From: Carcharhinus longimanus
Lineage: Eukaryota
Length of the DNA: 64,000 nucleotides
Reading direction: 5' to 3'
Assembly (NCBI GenBank): GCA_030264375.1
Contig: JASCQW010000109.1
Span: 69,119,362-69,183,361 of the forward strand
The notes under the pieces: generated by a model
Databases searched by the model: none
The model's input: only the letters and a program-made list of their open reading frames with translations
What the model was told of the DNA's origin: nothing
Shown: positions 13,245 to 25,699 of the stretch, piece by piece
How the letters are laid out: the number at the start of each line of letters is the position of its first letter
Numbering within the stretch: the first letter of the stretch is position 1
Program-made: the position numbers and the translations under genes

Positions 13245-13829
13245 GTGATTAAGTTTGGGAGGAGGCATATGGAGTGAAAGTATACAATAAAGGCTAGAAC
13301 AATAAATGAGGTGCAGAAATTTAAAGGAACTTCGTGTATATGTACATAGATCATTAAAATGGTTCGGCATGCTGACAGGGCAGTATTGCAGGCATTGATG
13401 TCAGCCTTTTAAATGATCACAGCTCTACTCTTTGAGTAACGAAACCAAAGTTGTCTTAAACAGCTGTTTTAATGCAAACTACAGCAAGGACGCTGGACAA
13501 TACAGCACACATCTCTGTAGATTGACAGAGTGGCGCATTCCAACATGCACAATTAATTATGGTTTTCAAATTCAATTACAAGTAATTAACATATACCAAT
13601 CACAATACTTTATCCATGTTTCATTATAAGATCCAACCAGCGTGAAAACGTAATAGATTATTGCTGTAAATTATTATCGTACAGGTGACTTCCTTCCGCC
13701 TAGTTAAAGATGCCTGATTTAATGAGATTTGCCAGACTAATAGCCTTGATGTCCGTCTGTGACGGCTCTTATAAGAAGACATTTATTTTTTTCACAACAG
13801 GTTGTGTGATTTTTAAACTTATGTGATTA

Positions 13830-14385
13830 CTAACCCTTTCAGCAGTTAATAAAGCAAGTATTATATCCTGATTTAGTAATGGGGCATGAAGTACAAGAGT
13901 GAGGAGGGAATATTGAAATATATTCCACACTAGTTTGGTCTCATCTGGAGTTCTGCATCCAGTTCTCAGCGCCATACTTGAGAAAGGATGTAAAGGCACT
14001 GGAAGGAGTGGAGGAAATTCACAAGAATCATTCGCGTGGTAAACAATGTATGTACTAGGACAGATTAGAGAAGTTGGAACTGTTGTGCTTGGAGAAACAA
14101 AAAATAGCTGAGAAGAGACGTGATAGAAGTATTCGAGATCCTGAGGGGTGTGGACCGAGCAAATAGTAAGAAACTGTTCCCACTCAACAGAGCATCAAGA
14201 ACTAAAGGGCACAGATTCACAATAATAGGCAAAACTAGGACAAGTAAAATGAGATTTTGTTTTTACCCAGAGGGTTGTTTTTGTGTGAAATAAACGTCCT
14301 GAGAAGGTAGTAGAGGCAGGTTCGATCAAGGTATTCAAAAGGGAATTGGATTGCCATCCGGAATGAAAGAATGTGCAAGGTTACA
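13830..14385 (+). mobile_element. CR1-like LINE 3' ORF2 fragment
   Basis: Resembles the CR1 RT C-terminal region (ctggagttctgcatccagttc..., aaactgttcccactc, gtagtagaggcaggttcgatc). Confidence 0.6.
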
Positions 14386-14399
14386 CGTCCCCTGGTGAC

Positions 14400-14500
14400 C
14401 CGACACACCTGACGAAGGAACAGTGTTCCGAAAGCTTGTGGCGTTTACTATCAAATGAATCTGTTGGACTTTAGCCTGGTGTTGTGAGACTTCTTACTGT
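14400..14500 (+). mobile_element. Penelope-like element terminal-repeat fragment
   Basis: cacctgacgaaggaacagtgttccgaaagcttgtg...ctgttggactttagcctggtgttgtgagacttcttac. Homologous copies lie at 32870-33095 and 61277-61450. Confidence 0.65.
14406..14440 (+). ncRNA. Candidate minimal hammerhead ribozyme motif (Penelope type)
   Basis: CAC-CTGACGA-A-GGAAC(AGT)GTTCC-GAAA-GC-TT-GTG. It has the CUGANGA and GAAA cores, a 5-bp stem II, a palindromic AGCU in place of stem III, and a 3-bp stem I (CAC/GTG). Confidence 0.55.
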
Positions 14501-14529
14501 GACCTGTCACACACCCAGCCGAGAAGCTC

Positions 14530-15500
14530 TATACTTTAGGGCTCACCCAAACGGGTCAATGGTGATTCTTCCGAACTACCCTTGGTAATGGAGATTAAAA
14601 ACACCACGGAGAGTATATTTTCTACCTTTGGCGTCATCACTACTTCTTGAATGTGGCGTTCAAAATTGAGGAGTACTGTAATGTAAGAAGAGGGAGGGTT
14701 GAGACAGTAGCTGTTAGCCAGTAAGGAGGTTTCCTTGGCCATCTTTGACCTGATGCCTTGAGATTTCGTGGGGTCCAGGGTCAATTTTGATGACTCCTAA
14801 TTCACGTCGCTCCAGAATGTATGCTACTGTGCTACTACCTCTGGAAAGTCTGTCCTGCCGATGGTGCTGGGCACATTCGGGGATTTATATGTGCATTTAT
14901 TTACAGGATGTATGTTCCGCTGCCTAGTTCAGCATTTATTGCCCATTCCTACTTGCCCTTGGGAAAGTGGTGAGCAAGTCGCTTCTTTGACGGTTGCAGC
15001 CCTGAGGTGTGGGTACACCAAAAGTGTTGCTAGGGAGGGAGTTCCAGGGTTCTGTCCCAGCAACAGTGCAGGAAGACAAGATGATGAGTGACTTGACGGG
15101 GAACCTCAAGTGCCGGTGTTCCTTGGCATCTGCTGCCCAAAACAGCTGTCACAGGTTTAAAAGATGCTGTCGAAGGATCATTACTGAGTTACTGCAGTGC
15201 ATCTTGCAGATGACACACCGATCTCCCACTGTTTAACAGTGTTGGACGGGGTGAATGTCTGTGTAAACTCTGCCAATTAAGGGTACTGCTTTGCTGTGGA
15301 TGGTGTTAAGCTTCTTGTGTGTTGTTGCAATTGCACTCATCCAGGAAATTAGAGATTATTCTATCACAGTTCTAACTTGCAGGTTGCGGACAAGCTTTGG
15401 AGAGTCGGGTGGTGCGTTACTCCTGCAAAATTCCTAGCCTCTGATCTTCTGTCGTACACACATTAATGAGATATCTAGGCCACTTTATTTTCTGGTTATT
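14530..15500 (-). mobile_element. Decayed CR1/L2-type LINE fragments
   Basis: Resembles the reverse complement of LINE endonuclease/RT and tail sequence. Related pieces lie at 24600-25460 and 26810-27640. Confidence 0.45.
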
Positions 15501-15554
15501 CTAATGCCCAGGATGTTGATAATTTGGAATTCAGCGACAGCAATGCCACGATTT

Positions 15555-17095
15555 ACTCGCAACCTAGAGGGTATAGTGAGGGACACCAGGGCGGTTGCCT
15601 GCAGAAGAGAGTGGAAGTACAGAAGTCTTTGTTGCCTGCCCTCAGCCAAAGTTCTGGACATCTGCTCCGACTTGACGAGGAGCTTGCAATGAGAGATGGA
15701 GGATCCCGCTGTCGTGGTCCGCGTATGTCGAAGAGACGTAGGTAAAACGAGGAAAGAGGTTTTTTTTTAAGGAGCCTAAGGAGCTGGGCATTAAGTTAAA
15801 AAACAGGCCTTCCATGGCTATATTCTCTGGATTATTTCCTGAGCCACGTGCAAATTGGCAGAGAGTGTATACAATTAGAGAGATGAATACGTGGTTCAAA
15901 GATTTGTTTGGAGCAGTTGTTTCAGTTTCTGGGGCAGTGACGTCAGTAATGGGAAATTTGGGATGTCCTGGTGAGACTGCATACATCTGGAACTGTGCTG
16001 GGACCTGTATTCTTGCAAACCATATTACTATAGAAGTAGCTAGGGCTCTCAAAGAAAGAAATGGTGATAGGGTCGGGGAGGGCGGGGTCTGGGGGGTGAT
16101 CGGTGATCAGTAGATCTGTGAGGGGATATGTAGGGTGCAAAGCAAAAGTACATGGAAGCATGGCAGGGCACTATTTAGGTAACGAGTGTGCCAAAAAGGA
16201 AACGAGCGTACAAACATAATAAAGCAACGCATGGAGGTAAATGGGAAATTATGGTAAAAAGAGAAAAATAATGTCTCTTTGCTTAAATACACGTAGCATT
16301 CCGCACAAGATAAATGAGCTCACAACACAAATCAAGGTTAACGGATGATCTAATATAGCCATTACTGAGTCGCAGTTACAACGAGTTCAAAGCTGGGAAA
16401 TAAATATTCAGTGGTTTGTGACTTTTCGTCAGGATAGGCACGAAGGAAAGATGGATGGGGTAGCTTTATTTACAGGAGGTGGAATAAGTACGGTTGCAAG
16501 AAATGGTCTTAGATCAGAAGATATGGAATTAAGATAGGTGGAGGTAAGAAACAACAAACGGAAGACACTCGTGAGAGCAGTCTATAGCCTCCCTATTAGT
16601 AGCCATGCTATAGGACAGACAAAAAATGGGTAGATAATGAAGGAAAGTAAAAAAGGCAGTACATTAATTGTTGGTGACTTTTGAATTGTGAAAATCAAAT
16701 TGGCAGGTTTCAGCCATCAGGAAGGAATCATGGACTTTATCAGAAGTTTCCTTGAACAAATTGTTATGGACCTCACCAAGGATCAGACTGCTGTAGACCT
16801 GGTAATATGTAATGAGGCTGTGTTATTAAAATCTCAGAGCAAAAGATCTCCTAGGAAAGAATGGCAACAACAAGGTAGATTTTAGCATTCAGGTTGTGAG
16901 TGCTAAAATTGGGTCACAAACATCTGTGCGAAAATTAGAGAAAGTTAATTATAAAGCCATGAGAGCAGAGGTGGGAGGACAGAAAAAAGAGTTGAGCAGA
17001 AACTGCAGTTGATAAAAAATGATAGATGTGTATGAAAATAGTTCGTGACTAACAACAAAGACATGTCTAAGTGAGGGAGAAGGATTCCTGGAAGG
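15555..17095 (+). mobile_element. CR1-like LINE: SGNH-esterase-type ORF1 remnant followed by the ORF2 endonuclease region
   Basis: Translations 'RSLCCLPSAKVLDICSDL', 'EDPAVVVRV' and 'IFSGLFPEPRANWQRVYTIREMNTW' match the ORF1 esterase type. Next come endonuclease-like 'DLIAITES' (~16345) and 'FLEQIV..LTKDQTAVDLVICNE'. Confidence 0.7.
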
Positions 17096-17099
17096 GAAA

Positions 17100-17425
17100 T
17101 TTCATTCATTGGTGGGACATGGGCGAGACTGGCTGGCCAGCATTTATTGCCCACCTCTGGATGTCGAAGAGCAGTTGAGAGTCAACCACGTTGCTGTGGC
17201 TCTGGAGTCACACCTAGGCCAGATCAGGTAAGAAAGGCAGATTTCCTACACAAAAGGACAATAGTGAACCCGGTGGGTATTTCCGACAACTGACAATGGT
17301 TTCAACAAGATTCTTAATTCCTGATAGTTTATTTATTGAATTCAAATTCCACCATCTACTTTGGAACACTAGTGAATTTCTGGATTAATGGCCTCGCGAA
17401 AATACTGCTGGGCCATCACCTCCTC
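17100..17425 (-). mobile_element. tRNA-derived SINE, family B (tail ...gggcaataaatgctggcc...atgaatgaa)
   Basis: Reverse complement of the elements at 41454-41800 and 44073-44335. Confidence 0.75.
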
Positions 17426-18019
17426 TGGTTAAGGATCGTATTAAACAAGAAAAATATATATCATCGAAAGCCAGGGAACCGAGAAAAGTATTAGCAACAA
17501 GAATGAAGAGGGAGAGTCCCTGTTCCAACAGGGACAAAAGCTGAACGCCAGTTTTGTGAGGTGAGAGTGACTGCCGTTGACATGAATGAGTCGTTTTACC
17601 CAAAATACTATCAAGAAGCCCTAATAGAATTGGACTTGATGGGAATCAGGAGGAAAATCATCCGCTGGTTGGAATCGTGCCTCGCACAAGGAAGATGGTT
17701 GTGTTGTTGAGGTCAATCATCTCAACTTCAGGACATCAATGCAGAAGTTCCTCTCGTAGTGTCTCAGCCCTACCATCTTCAAATGTTTCATCAGTGACCT
17801 TCCTTCCATCATAAGGTTAGAAGTGGGGATGTTCGCTGATGATTGAACAATGTTCCTCGGAGAAAATGTCCTGACATTAGTTCCCCGAATCCCACACTTC
17901 CTATGGCTGAGGAAAAACACCCAAAGACAGCTTATATTTTGCAGCAGACCCTCTGACATGGTAATCATTGACAGACAAATCCAAGAATATTTCTCAGGAC
18001 AAAAACAGAAATTACTCAA

Positions 18020-19030
18020 TACGTTCATCAACTGGACCTAAGCATTTGGCTCAGTTAATCGCGAGGCTACGTGAATGGTACTCCAGCGGTTTAGATGTCC
18101 CAGAAACTTCATCCCAACCCTGCAGCTGCTTCGTGATGACTTGACTGAGTCTGTTTTGAGTTCAAGTTCTGAAACAATCCCCTTGAAAATCTGAACCAGT
18201 GCCAAGCAAAGCTCTCTGATAACACTTACAGTTTTTGCAATCTACCTGGCTGTGGTTATTCACCTTATCGAAAATCTGCCCTCTGGTGTATCAGCGGAAC
18301 ACTCTCCCATTAGTCGCCTCTATGTCACAACTGAAGTGGCCACCATAAGTATACGTGAACTACAGTTTGCGTATAACTGCAGTGTTAGTTCCCAATCTAC
18401 ATCAGATTAGCAAATCACTCTCGGTCTCTTCAAATCTAACAAAAGCGATTCGACCTGCCCTTGAATAATACCGAAATAAAGCGAACGAATCAATTCAGCC
18501 AAATCACCCACAATATATGTTGACAGAGAGATTGCAATATGTTGAACATTTCCCAAAACCTGGCCGCCACTTCTTTCAGTAATTGATCGCTTATGCAAGC
18601 TCAGTAAAAATGGCAACAAGTGCTTGCCAAAAAGCTTCTGTAAGTCTTCAAAAGGCAGAGTCGTTGCTGTCAAATGTGACATGGATTCTGCGTGCACAAG
18701 AAGGAGAGAAATCCCTCAAATCGTGACTCGGTCACATCCTCCAACCTAAATAGAAAGACCTCTGAACAAAGGCTGATGTCCTTCTTGAAGCCACCTCTTC
18801 GCGTATTCATGCAAAATATCAACAGTGAAGAATTAAACATTGCATCCAGATAACAGAACAACTCGCCCGGCATATTCTGTTTTTCCAACCCTCAAATCAG
18901 CGATGTTACATGGGATCAGAAAGAATACGCTACAAAGACTATCTGAAACTCTCCTTGAAGGGCAACAGCATGGGCTTTAATGCCAGAGAGGAGCTTGCTA
19001 CCAATTGTTTGAATTGGTAACAACTTGCCC
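18020..19030 (+). mobile_element. Decayed RTE-like LINE RT and 3' fragment
   Basis: The 3' portion reads like the RTE C-terminus (GDQKEYATKT / cgctacaaagactatctgaaactctcc, compare 'KKRYKDTLK.SL'). Heavily frameshifted. Confidence 0.5.
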
Positions 19031-20391
19031 GTCAAGCTTGACTTCAAACCCTTTAATGTTGAGGCAGAGTGGTGGTAGCTACTGAAACAAAAGGAAACAA
19101 GTTCTACACTCCGGATCTCACGACCTCTTGGGGCATTCTGCCATATGAACCTAAAAATCTGCGCCTTAAGAAACGGCCTGCTTCAGTCACATGAAAAACC
19201 AAGAGGGAAACTCACAATACTAAAAAGACCGCATCTTCAAATCAAGGAACAGTATTTGCTTCTCAAGAATGACTATGGTGCTGTTCACATGCTCTCCAGT
19301 AAACGGAGAACTAGTTAAGAAGGAAACGTTTTAGGAGACACTTTCAGGAAAATTGAAATATTTGCTGCTGTAACAATTCCTTTCTCGTTCACCTTCGAGC
19401 ATTCCGTACATTCCTCATGTAATAACATTGATAGCATTCTGATCGTTTTCATTGTATTAAACAATAGACATTTTGATTGCCATTTATAAAACTCTGGTGC
19501 ATTCTCAGTGTACGGTTGTGTCCATTGATGACAAAATACTGTGACGGTTTTACAGAGGGCACTGAAAAGATTATGCGAGAATGGGCCCAGAGACCAGTTC
19601 TTTCATTTGTAGAGTGGTAGATTCGAGAAACTGAAATAATTCTTCTTAAAGAAAGGAAGGTTGAAAGGAGGCTTGATAGGAGCGCTTCAAATCTAGAAAC
19701 ATCTAGACAATGTAGATAAAGACCAAATATTATCATTGATTTGAGTAGTGAAGCAGGCAACACTGATGTAAGTTGATTGGCAACAGAACTAACGGTGATT
19801 AAGGAAAATGTTCTTACGCATTGATTGGTTGGGATCTGGAATGCATTATCACGAGTATTTGGAATTGTGATTTTCAAGCAAAGGAAAATAAAGTAAAATG
19901 CCAACTGGTCGTGGAGATTGATTATTTGATCTTGAAGAGGGTCGACATGGAAATGTTCGAAAGGCCCTTTTCTGTGCTGTAACCAATCTATTAAGCTATC
20001 ACCTTTTTGTTGAAGGAATTCAGTTATAACTCGAGTGACCATCTAAACAAATTCCTCTCGTAAACATGGTTCTACAAGATATTTGGATCTTTGCTCTCAT
20101 ATTCTGTGTTAAGACACGATTGTATTCTAAAATTCTCAACTTTTGTTCCTTTGTCTGCAAGTCAGTAATGTTGACAAATAATTCATAATATGGCTGGAAA
20201 TAATTTGTGTTTTCAGACTTTATTTTTGGTTGTGATCAACTTCTCAGTGGTGTCGTATTTAATGTCATATATTTCCTTCTGCATTTCTCCTGTTACATCC
20301 TCAATAATAACTTACCTTTGATGCCTTTTTCAATGCCTTATATATTTGTCAATCAATACAACTACTAACTTCAACAGAATATATTGAACAG

Positions 20392-20651
20392 GTACCGTGT
20401 CAAACGAGGGGCATGCACACGGTGGGTCGTGCGTGGGCTGCTCTTGGAAGTTCCGGGAGTGGCCTAGTACTTNNNNNNNNNNNNNNNNNNNNNNNNNNNN
20501 NNNNNNNNNNNNNNNNNNNNNNNNNNNNNNNNNNNNNNNNNNNNNNNNNNNNNNNNNNNNNNNNNNNNNNNNGGTGATGCGGCGGCACGGGCTCGTTGGG
20601 CCGAAGGGCCTGTTTCCTGTGCTGGGTTGTTCTTTGTTCTTTGTTCTTTGT
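20392..20651 (+). mobile_element. Young CR1-like element mostly hidden in a gap: CpG-rich 5' piece, then the 3' tail
   Basis: The tail gggctcgttgggccgaagggcctgtttcctgtgctg...(ttctttg)n is nearly identical to 39107-39162 and to the reverse complement at 27812-27870. Confidence 0.65.
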
Positions 20652-21581
20652 TACATTGTGCTCACCCTCACGGTACAAGGTACAAAACACTTCAATAGTA
20701 GAACATCAAGGGAAAACATGGACGGAGGAACATCAAGCCATCTCTATAAAGTGCAAACATAATGTGATTAAAAACAAACAAGTCCCAATACCTTTGTGTC
20801 ATGCTTTCTCTGGCGTTAATGTAAGTGGCCACAGAGAAAGTATAATCTCGCAAAATCTCCAGATTCTGGAAAAGCCCCAAATGATTGGAAAACGACCAAT
20901 GTGTTCATGAAAGGTGATAAACAGAAAGCAGGAAAACTTTAGCCCAGATAACGTAACATCTGTCATTAGGAAATTGCTAGTCTCCACCATTGAGGAAGCA
21001 GGAGCACGACACTTAAGAAATGACAATGTAAACAACAAGCATCATCACGCTTATCAAAGACAATTTGTTTTTGACAAATGAATTAGAGTTCTTGGAGGAT
21101 GTGAAAAAAAGTACGAGTAAAATAAACGAACAGATATTTCCAAAAGGCAGTTGATAAGTTGCTACATGAAATAGATCTTTCATTATAACGCTCTGATATT
21201 GGGGTGATATGTTAGCATTGACAGAGCATTAGTAACTGGAAGTGATAAATTGGTAATTTTCGATGTTAGAAAGAGAAATTGAATTTCGGCCGAATGGAGT
21301 GTCACAGGTTCCATGCAATTTACAATAAATTTGCAATTTATATTGATGATTTGGATAAAGGGGTACAGCATATTGTCACTAAGTTTCCTGGCCATGCAAA
21401 CGTATTTGTGAAAGCATATTGTGAGCAAGGCGGAAGATACAAAGGAATGTAGATAGATTAAGTAAGTGGGGAAATTGAAGATAGGTTATAAGGAGTGCAA
21501 ATATGATGTTCTCACTTTGTTAGGATAAAAACAGAATATTAATTCAATGCTGAGAGATGACTTGGTACTCCCAAAAATTGG

Positions 21582-21712
21582 GGACAGCACGGTGGCACAG
21601 TGGTAAGCATAGCTGCATCACAATGCCAGGGACCCAGACTCGATTCCCGGCTTGAGTCACTGTCTGTGCGAAGTTTGCACATTCTCCCTGTGTCTGTGTG
21701 CGTTTCCTCCGA
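21582..21712 (+). mobile_element. HE1/V-SINE-like SINE, 5' part
   Basis: cagcacggtggcacagtggtaagcatagctgc...gggacccagactcgattcccggcttgagtcactgtctgtgcgaagtttgcacattctcc: a tRNA-like head followed by a V-domain-like core. Confidence 0.8.
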
Positions 21713-23617
21713 ATCCTAATGCATTGGAAACGGCNNNNNNNNNNAAAGTATGATGTGAAGTTTAACATACTTTTGAGTAATCAGCCCTCCCCTTTACCTG
21801 GTACAGTGGTGTGGCAAAACATCAAAACCAAACTTTAAAAACTAACTGCATAAAACTTAACTGTTAAAGTCGATGCATAGTACGCAGACAATAACGAATA
21901 CAACAAGAGACAACATGATGCACCAACCAAAAAAGTACTCACTGTTTCTGACAGCTGGTGCAAAATCCAAACAAAATTGAGTTGTGAACATTCTATGAAA
22001 TGTTATGCACATAATACTGTTATGAAGTCAATAAAAGGAATACTAATTGTATTTTCAGACCTGAGTATGAAAACAACTTTTCGAATTGCCTTTACAATTC
22101 TGCATCTGGCTATGCATATAATATCAATCTATATACTCAATGTCGCAGCCTTCCACGTCGTGAAATGTTAGTTTACGTCCATTCTGTACTAAACAGCACC
22201 AGTTGTGGATAAGAAGCCACACTCTGTCATGATAGCTCCTGCAACATTGGCTGAAAGGAACATAATAGACTGTGAAGGTGTGGGATTCGCTGTTTTGTTT
22301 TCTCCGAACCTCCTAGTCACCAGCTGAACTTTCCGTTGTTCCTCTCCTCTCCAATACCACTCTGAANNNNNNNNNNNNNNNNNNNNNNNNNNNNNNNNNN
22401 NNNNNNNNNNNNNNNNNNNNNNNNNNNNNNNNNNNNNNNNNNNNNNNNNNNNNNNNNNNNNNNNNNCAGCAAACATCCCCATGACCTTATCATGGAGGAC
22501 TGGTCATTGATGATTGTCTCCTAGTTGCTGCACTAATATCCACCAACTATCCATCCAGCACACGTTGTACAAGTCTTACTAATCTGGAGCAGTGCACTAA
22601 CGACAGAAGCTTCGCAGAGTCATAATTTGTTTTTCTCTGCCAGGCTGCTGTTAGCTCCGTTTTTTACTCTGCGTGGGTAGAACAGCTGCAAATTTTGCAA
22701 GGCAAGCGATTGTTGCAACAAGTGACAAACGTTTGGTGAATGTGGAGACCAGATAACTGCAGTTATCAACATGAAGTTGATGAAATTGCAAAGAAACTTG
22801 AAACATAATTGGATGCTGCCGATACGAATTTTCAGATAAGTGTTTGATAAAGTAAAATGTCGCTTACTCATATTGCAGCATATTGAATAAGATGGTCAGC
22901 GTCAACTTGGATAAACAATGACTTCAAGACCAAACATCTCCAGTCGTGAGAAATAGTGTTTTTTCAGATGGAAAGAGAGTTCGAGATACAGGGAGCCTGG
23001 TACAATGGGCAGGAAATTAGTAGATGGAATTTATTAGAGAGAAGTGTGTGAGGAGATGCGTTTTGGCTGGTAGGATAACCAGGAATACCATAGTTCTCAA
23101 GAGCTTAAAGTGGAAATGTGACCCTTTCGAGTGCGCAAATCTTTGAAGGCGCAATGTATTTTTGGAGAGTAAAACGTATGGAATTTAGATTTTCCGAAAG
23201 CAGGAAAGTTATGACGAACTTGTATAAAGCTCTGGTTAAGTAACAACAAGTATATTCCTTCAGGTTCTGGTCACCACAGTTGAGAACTGATGAAACATTA
23301 TCAGAATGTTCCTTAAACCTTCGTAAGTCTTGGAAGTGTATTGAATAACACTAAATTATTCTGGAAATATCCGCTTAAATCTGTAATCCTGCAGCTATGC
23401 TGAAATTATTAAACGAATGTACCTATAGAATGTTTTCTGCTTGGGCATATGGGATTCATATTTAGGGTCAAAACTTGTTACAATAGAATTTTGGAATAGA
23501 GATAGGATTTGCTTTCACTTTAGTAAAGCAAAGAAGACGAAGAACATTCAGTTATAGAAAGATTCAGCTTCTAGTTTTGACTTTTTTTTATTGAAGTTTG
23601 ACTTTAATGTAATCTCA

Positions 23618-23696
23618 TGTAGTTATAGGCTATGACATTTTGTGTCGCTGTCTACCAATAAGGTGAAGAAATCTAGCCAGTAATCCACCACCCATC
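23618..23696 (+). promoter_or_regulatory. Pcdh promoter module (CSE, CCAAT, CACCC box) of the deleted mini-exon
   Basis: Perfect TGTGTCGCTGTCTACCAATAAG starting at 23641, with the same spacing to ATCCACCACCC as in the intact genes. Confidence 0.9.
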
Positions 23697-23870
23697 CTGT
23701 CACATCAAAGGGAGGATGTAAACGTATCAGTAGCGCTTACGCAAACCAAATGCAACATCTCATCCGCCACACCTCCAGTTTCTCTAAGCTTGTCCTGAAT
23801 AACATGATAATGCAAAATATCGGTCAACAGTTCATTCACGCGCTTCGAACACATTTATTCTGCAGAAGAA

Positions 23871-24277
23871 ATGTTACGATCAGATAGTCAATGGACACTA
23901 AGCGTGCCGGCGATATCGTCCATTTTTGTGCTTTGTGTCTGGACTCTGACTTTGGGGCAGATCCGTTACTCCATTCCCGAAGAACAGGACTGAGGTGCAT
24001 CCGTAGGAAAAATCGCAGAAGATTTGGGACTGAACGTGGAAGAATTATCAAGCTTGATCATAAAGTTGTTGCAAATGTCCTTGAGGTATGCGGGAATGGA
24101 TCCTTTCCAGATGCATACCAATATAGAGTTCATTCGGCGCCACGAGCTACAACCGAGTTCATGGTTTTCAGACCCTTCTGTCTAACAACATCAGGTACGA
24201 ACCGGGAGAACAAGAGAACAGCTGTATCTGAATGTGATGGGAAAGTAACCAATGACTGGCCTCATAACATCAATGAG
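23871..24277 (+). pseudogene. Internally deleted protocadherin variable exon: signal peptide and start of EC1 fused to the cytoplasmic segment
   Basis: The frame from ATG 23871 reads MLRSDSQWTLSVPAISSIFVLCVWTLTLGQIRYSIPEEQD*GASVGKIAEDLGLNVEELS (TGA at 23991). After ~24052 another frame gives 'ANVLEVCGNGSFPDAYQYRVHSAP...NDWPHNINE', homologous to the tails of neighbouring exons. Donor GAG|GTAAGT at 24278. Confidence 0.9.
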
Positions 24278-25699
24278 GTAAGTGCTATGCATTGAAACAA
24301 AGCCAATGTAGCTCAGAAATGGAATTTGCGCAGATGCAGAGCAATTAGCCCAGTCGGAGTTAACGATCAGGTGCTGATATACCTCAATTTCTGACTTATT
24401 TTTCCAAGTTAATCGTGTTAAGTTCGTTACCATTTTGACCCACTTGTACTTGAGACAATGTAATGAAATATTCTGAAACAGTATTTCAGCTACTCGCAAT
24501 AATTTTTCTTATTGTAAACCTTTGAAAACTGAAAGGAGCTAAGAGAGTGAAGAAGGCCAGGTGGAGCTTATTTTAATTGGAAGCATTGCATGTAAAAGTC
24601 ATTTACCGTATCTTTTAGGAGATAGCAGTCAGGAGTATTTATTCATATCCATTTAGCAGGAGGGCATTCCATTCTACACCTGACTTGTGATTTGTAGATA
24701 TGCTTTATAAAAAGATTTAGAGAATCAGGATGTGTGTTACGTCCCTCAGGCTTCACATTCTTTGACATGGTCATAGCGCCAAAACATTTATGTGGCTCCC
24801 CCATTTTGGGTAAATGGTGACACTCATGTTGTTGATCCTGGGGGATTTAATAATGGTGATCTCTGTTAAAAGTGAAACGAAAATGCTTCGCCACCTGTTT
24901 GGGATAATCATTACTAATCAATTTTCTGGCTTGAACGTTATTTGCCAATTGTCAGCCGAAATATAATGTTACCCCAAGCATGTTGCATGCAGGCTTGGAC
25001 TGTTTTGTTATATCTGTGTATTGTACAATCATTAGCAAATATCCTTATATCTGACCTTAAGGTGAAGCGTTCATTCAGTACATTTGACCTATTTTGTTAT
25101 TGTATTTTATTTTGTTCCTGTGGAAGGTCACTGTTGAAGCAAATTAGCATGGTTGGGTGTAGGGAAATGCCCCGAAGAACGTTCTGGGTTGAGATATTTC
25201 CAATGACTACAACCGTTTGAACAGCCATAACTCAAGCCAGTGAAGTTTGTCATTAACTTAAATAATGCGAGGGCTCCTTGATACCAAAGGCTGCTTTGAT
25301 GTCAAAAGCTGTCACTCTTGTCATGACTCTGGAATTTTGGTCTCTTGTTCTTATTTGCTGCAAAGAGGGCTGGAGCCACGTATCATGTGCTAATAATTGT
25401 AAGTAGGTTGGAACGATGGTAATTCACCTGATTAGAATACCCTTGCACTTTGTGCCCAGGATTTTTTTTTCTAGTTGATGGCATATGAATTAGGAGAAGG
25501 AGTAACCCATTCTGACCTTCGAGGCCACCCCACAATTTAAAAATCATAGTTGATCTAATTGTAGCCTCATTGCAGTCTACCTACGATAGCCTTTCATCCC
25601 TCACTCATCAATAATCTATGTACCTCTACCTGAAAATATTCAAAGACTCTGCCGCCACTTCCTTTTGTGGAAGAAAATTCCAAAAGACTCAGGAACCTT

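Noticed and set aside
12393-13370. Long ORFs of 225-325 aa
   Set aside because: They are artefacts of translating N runs. The same applies to the ORFs over gaps at 20.5, 22.4 and 59.5 kb.
19449-20042. 197-aa minus-strand ORF
   Set aside because: No recognisable domain. It overlaps the antisense of a decayed CR1 3' region.
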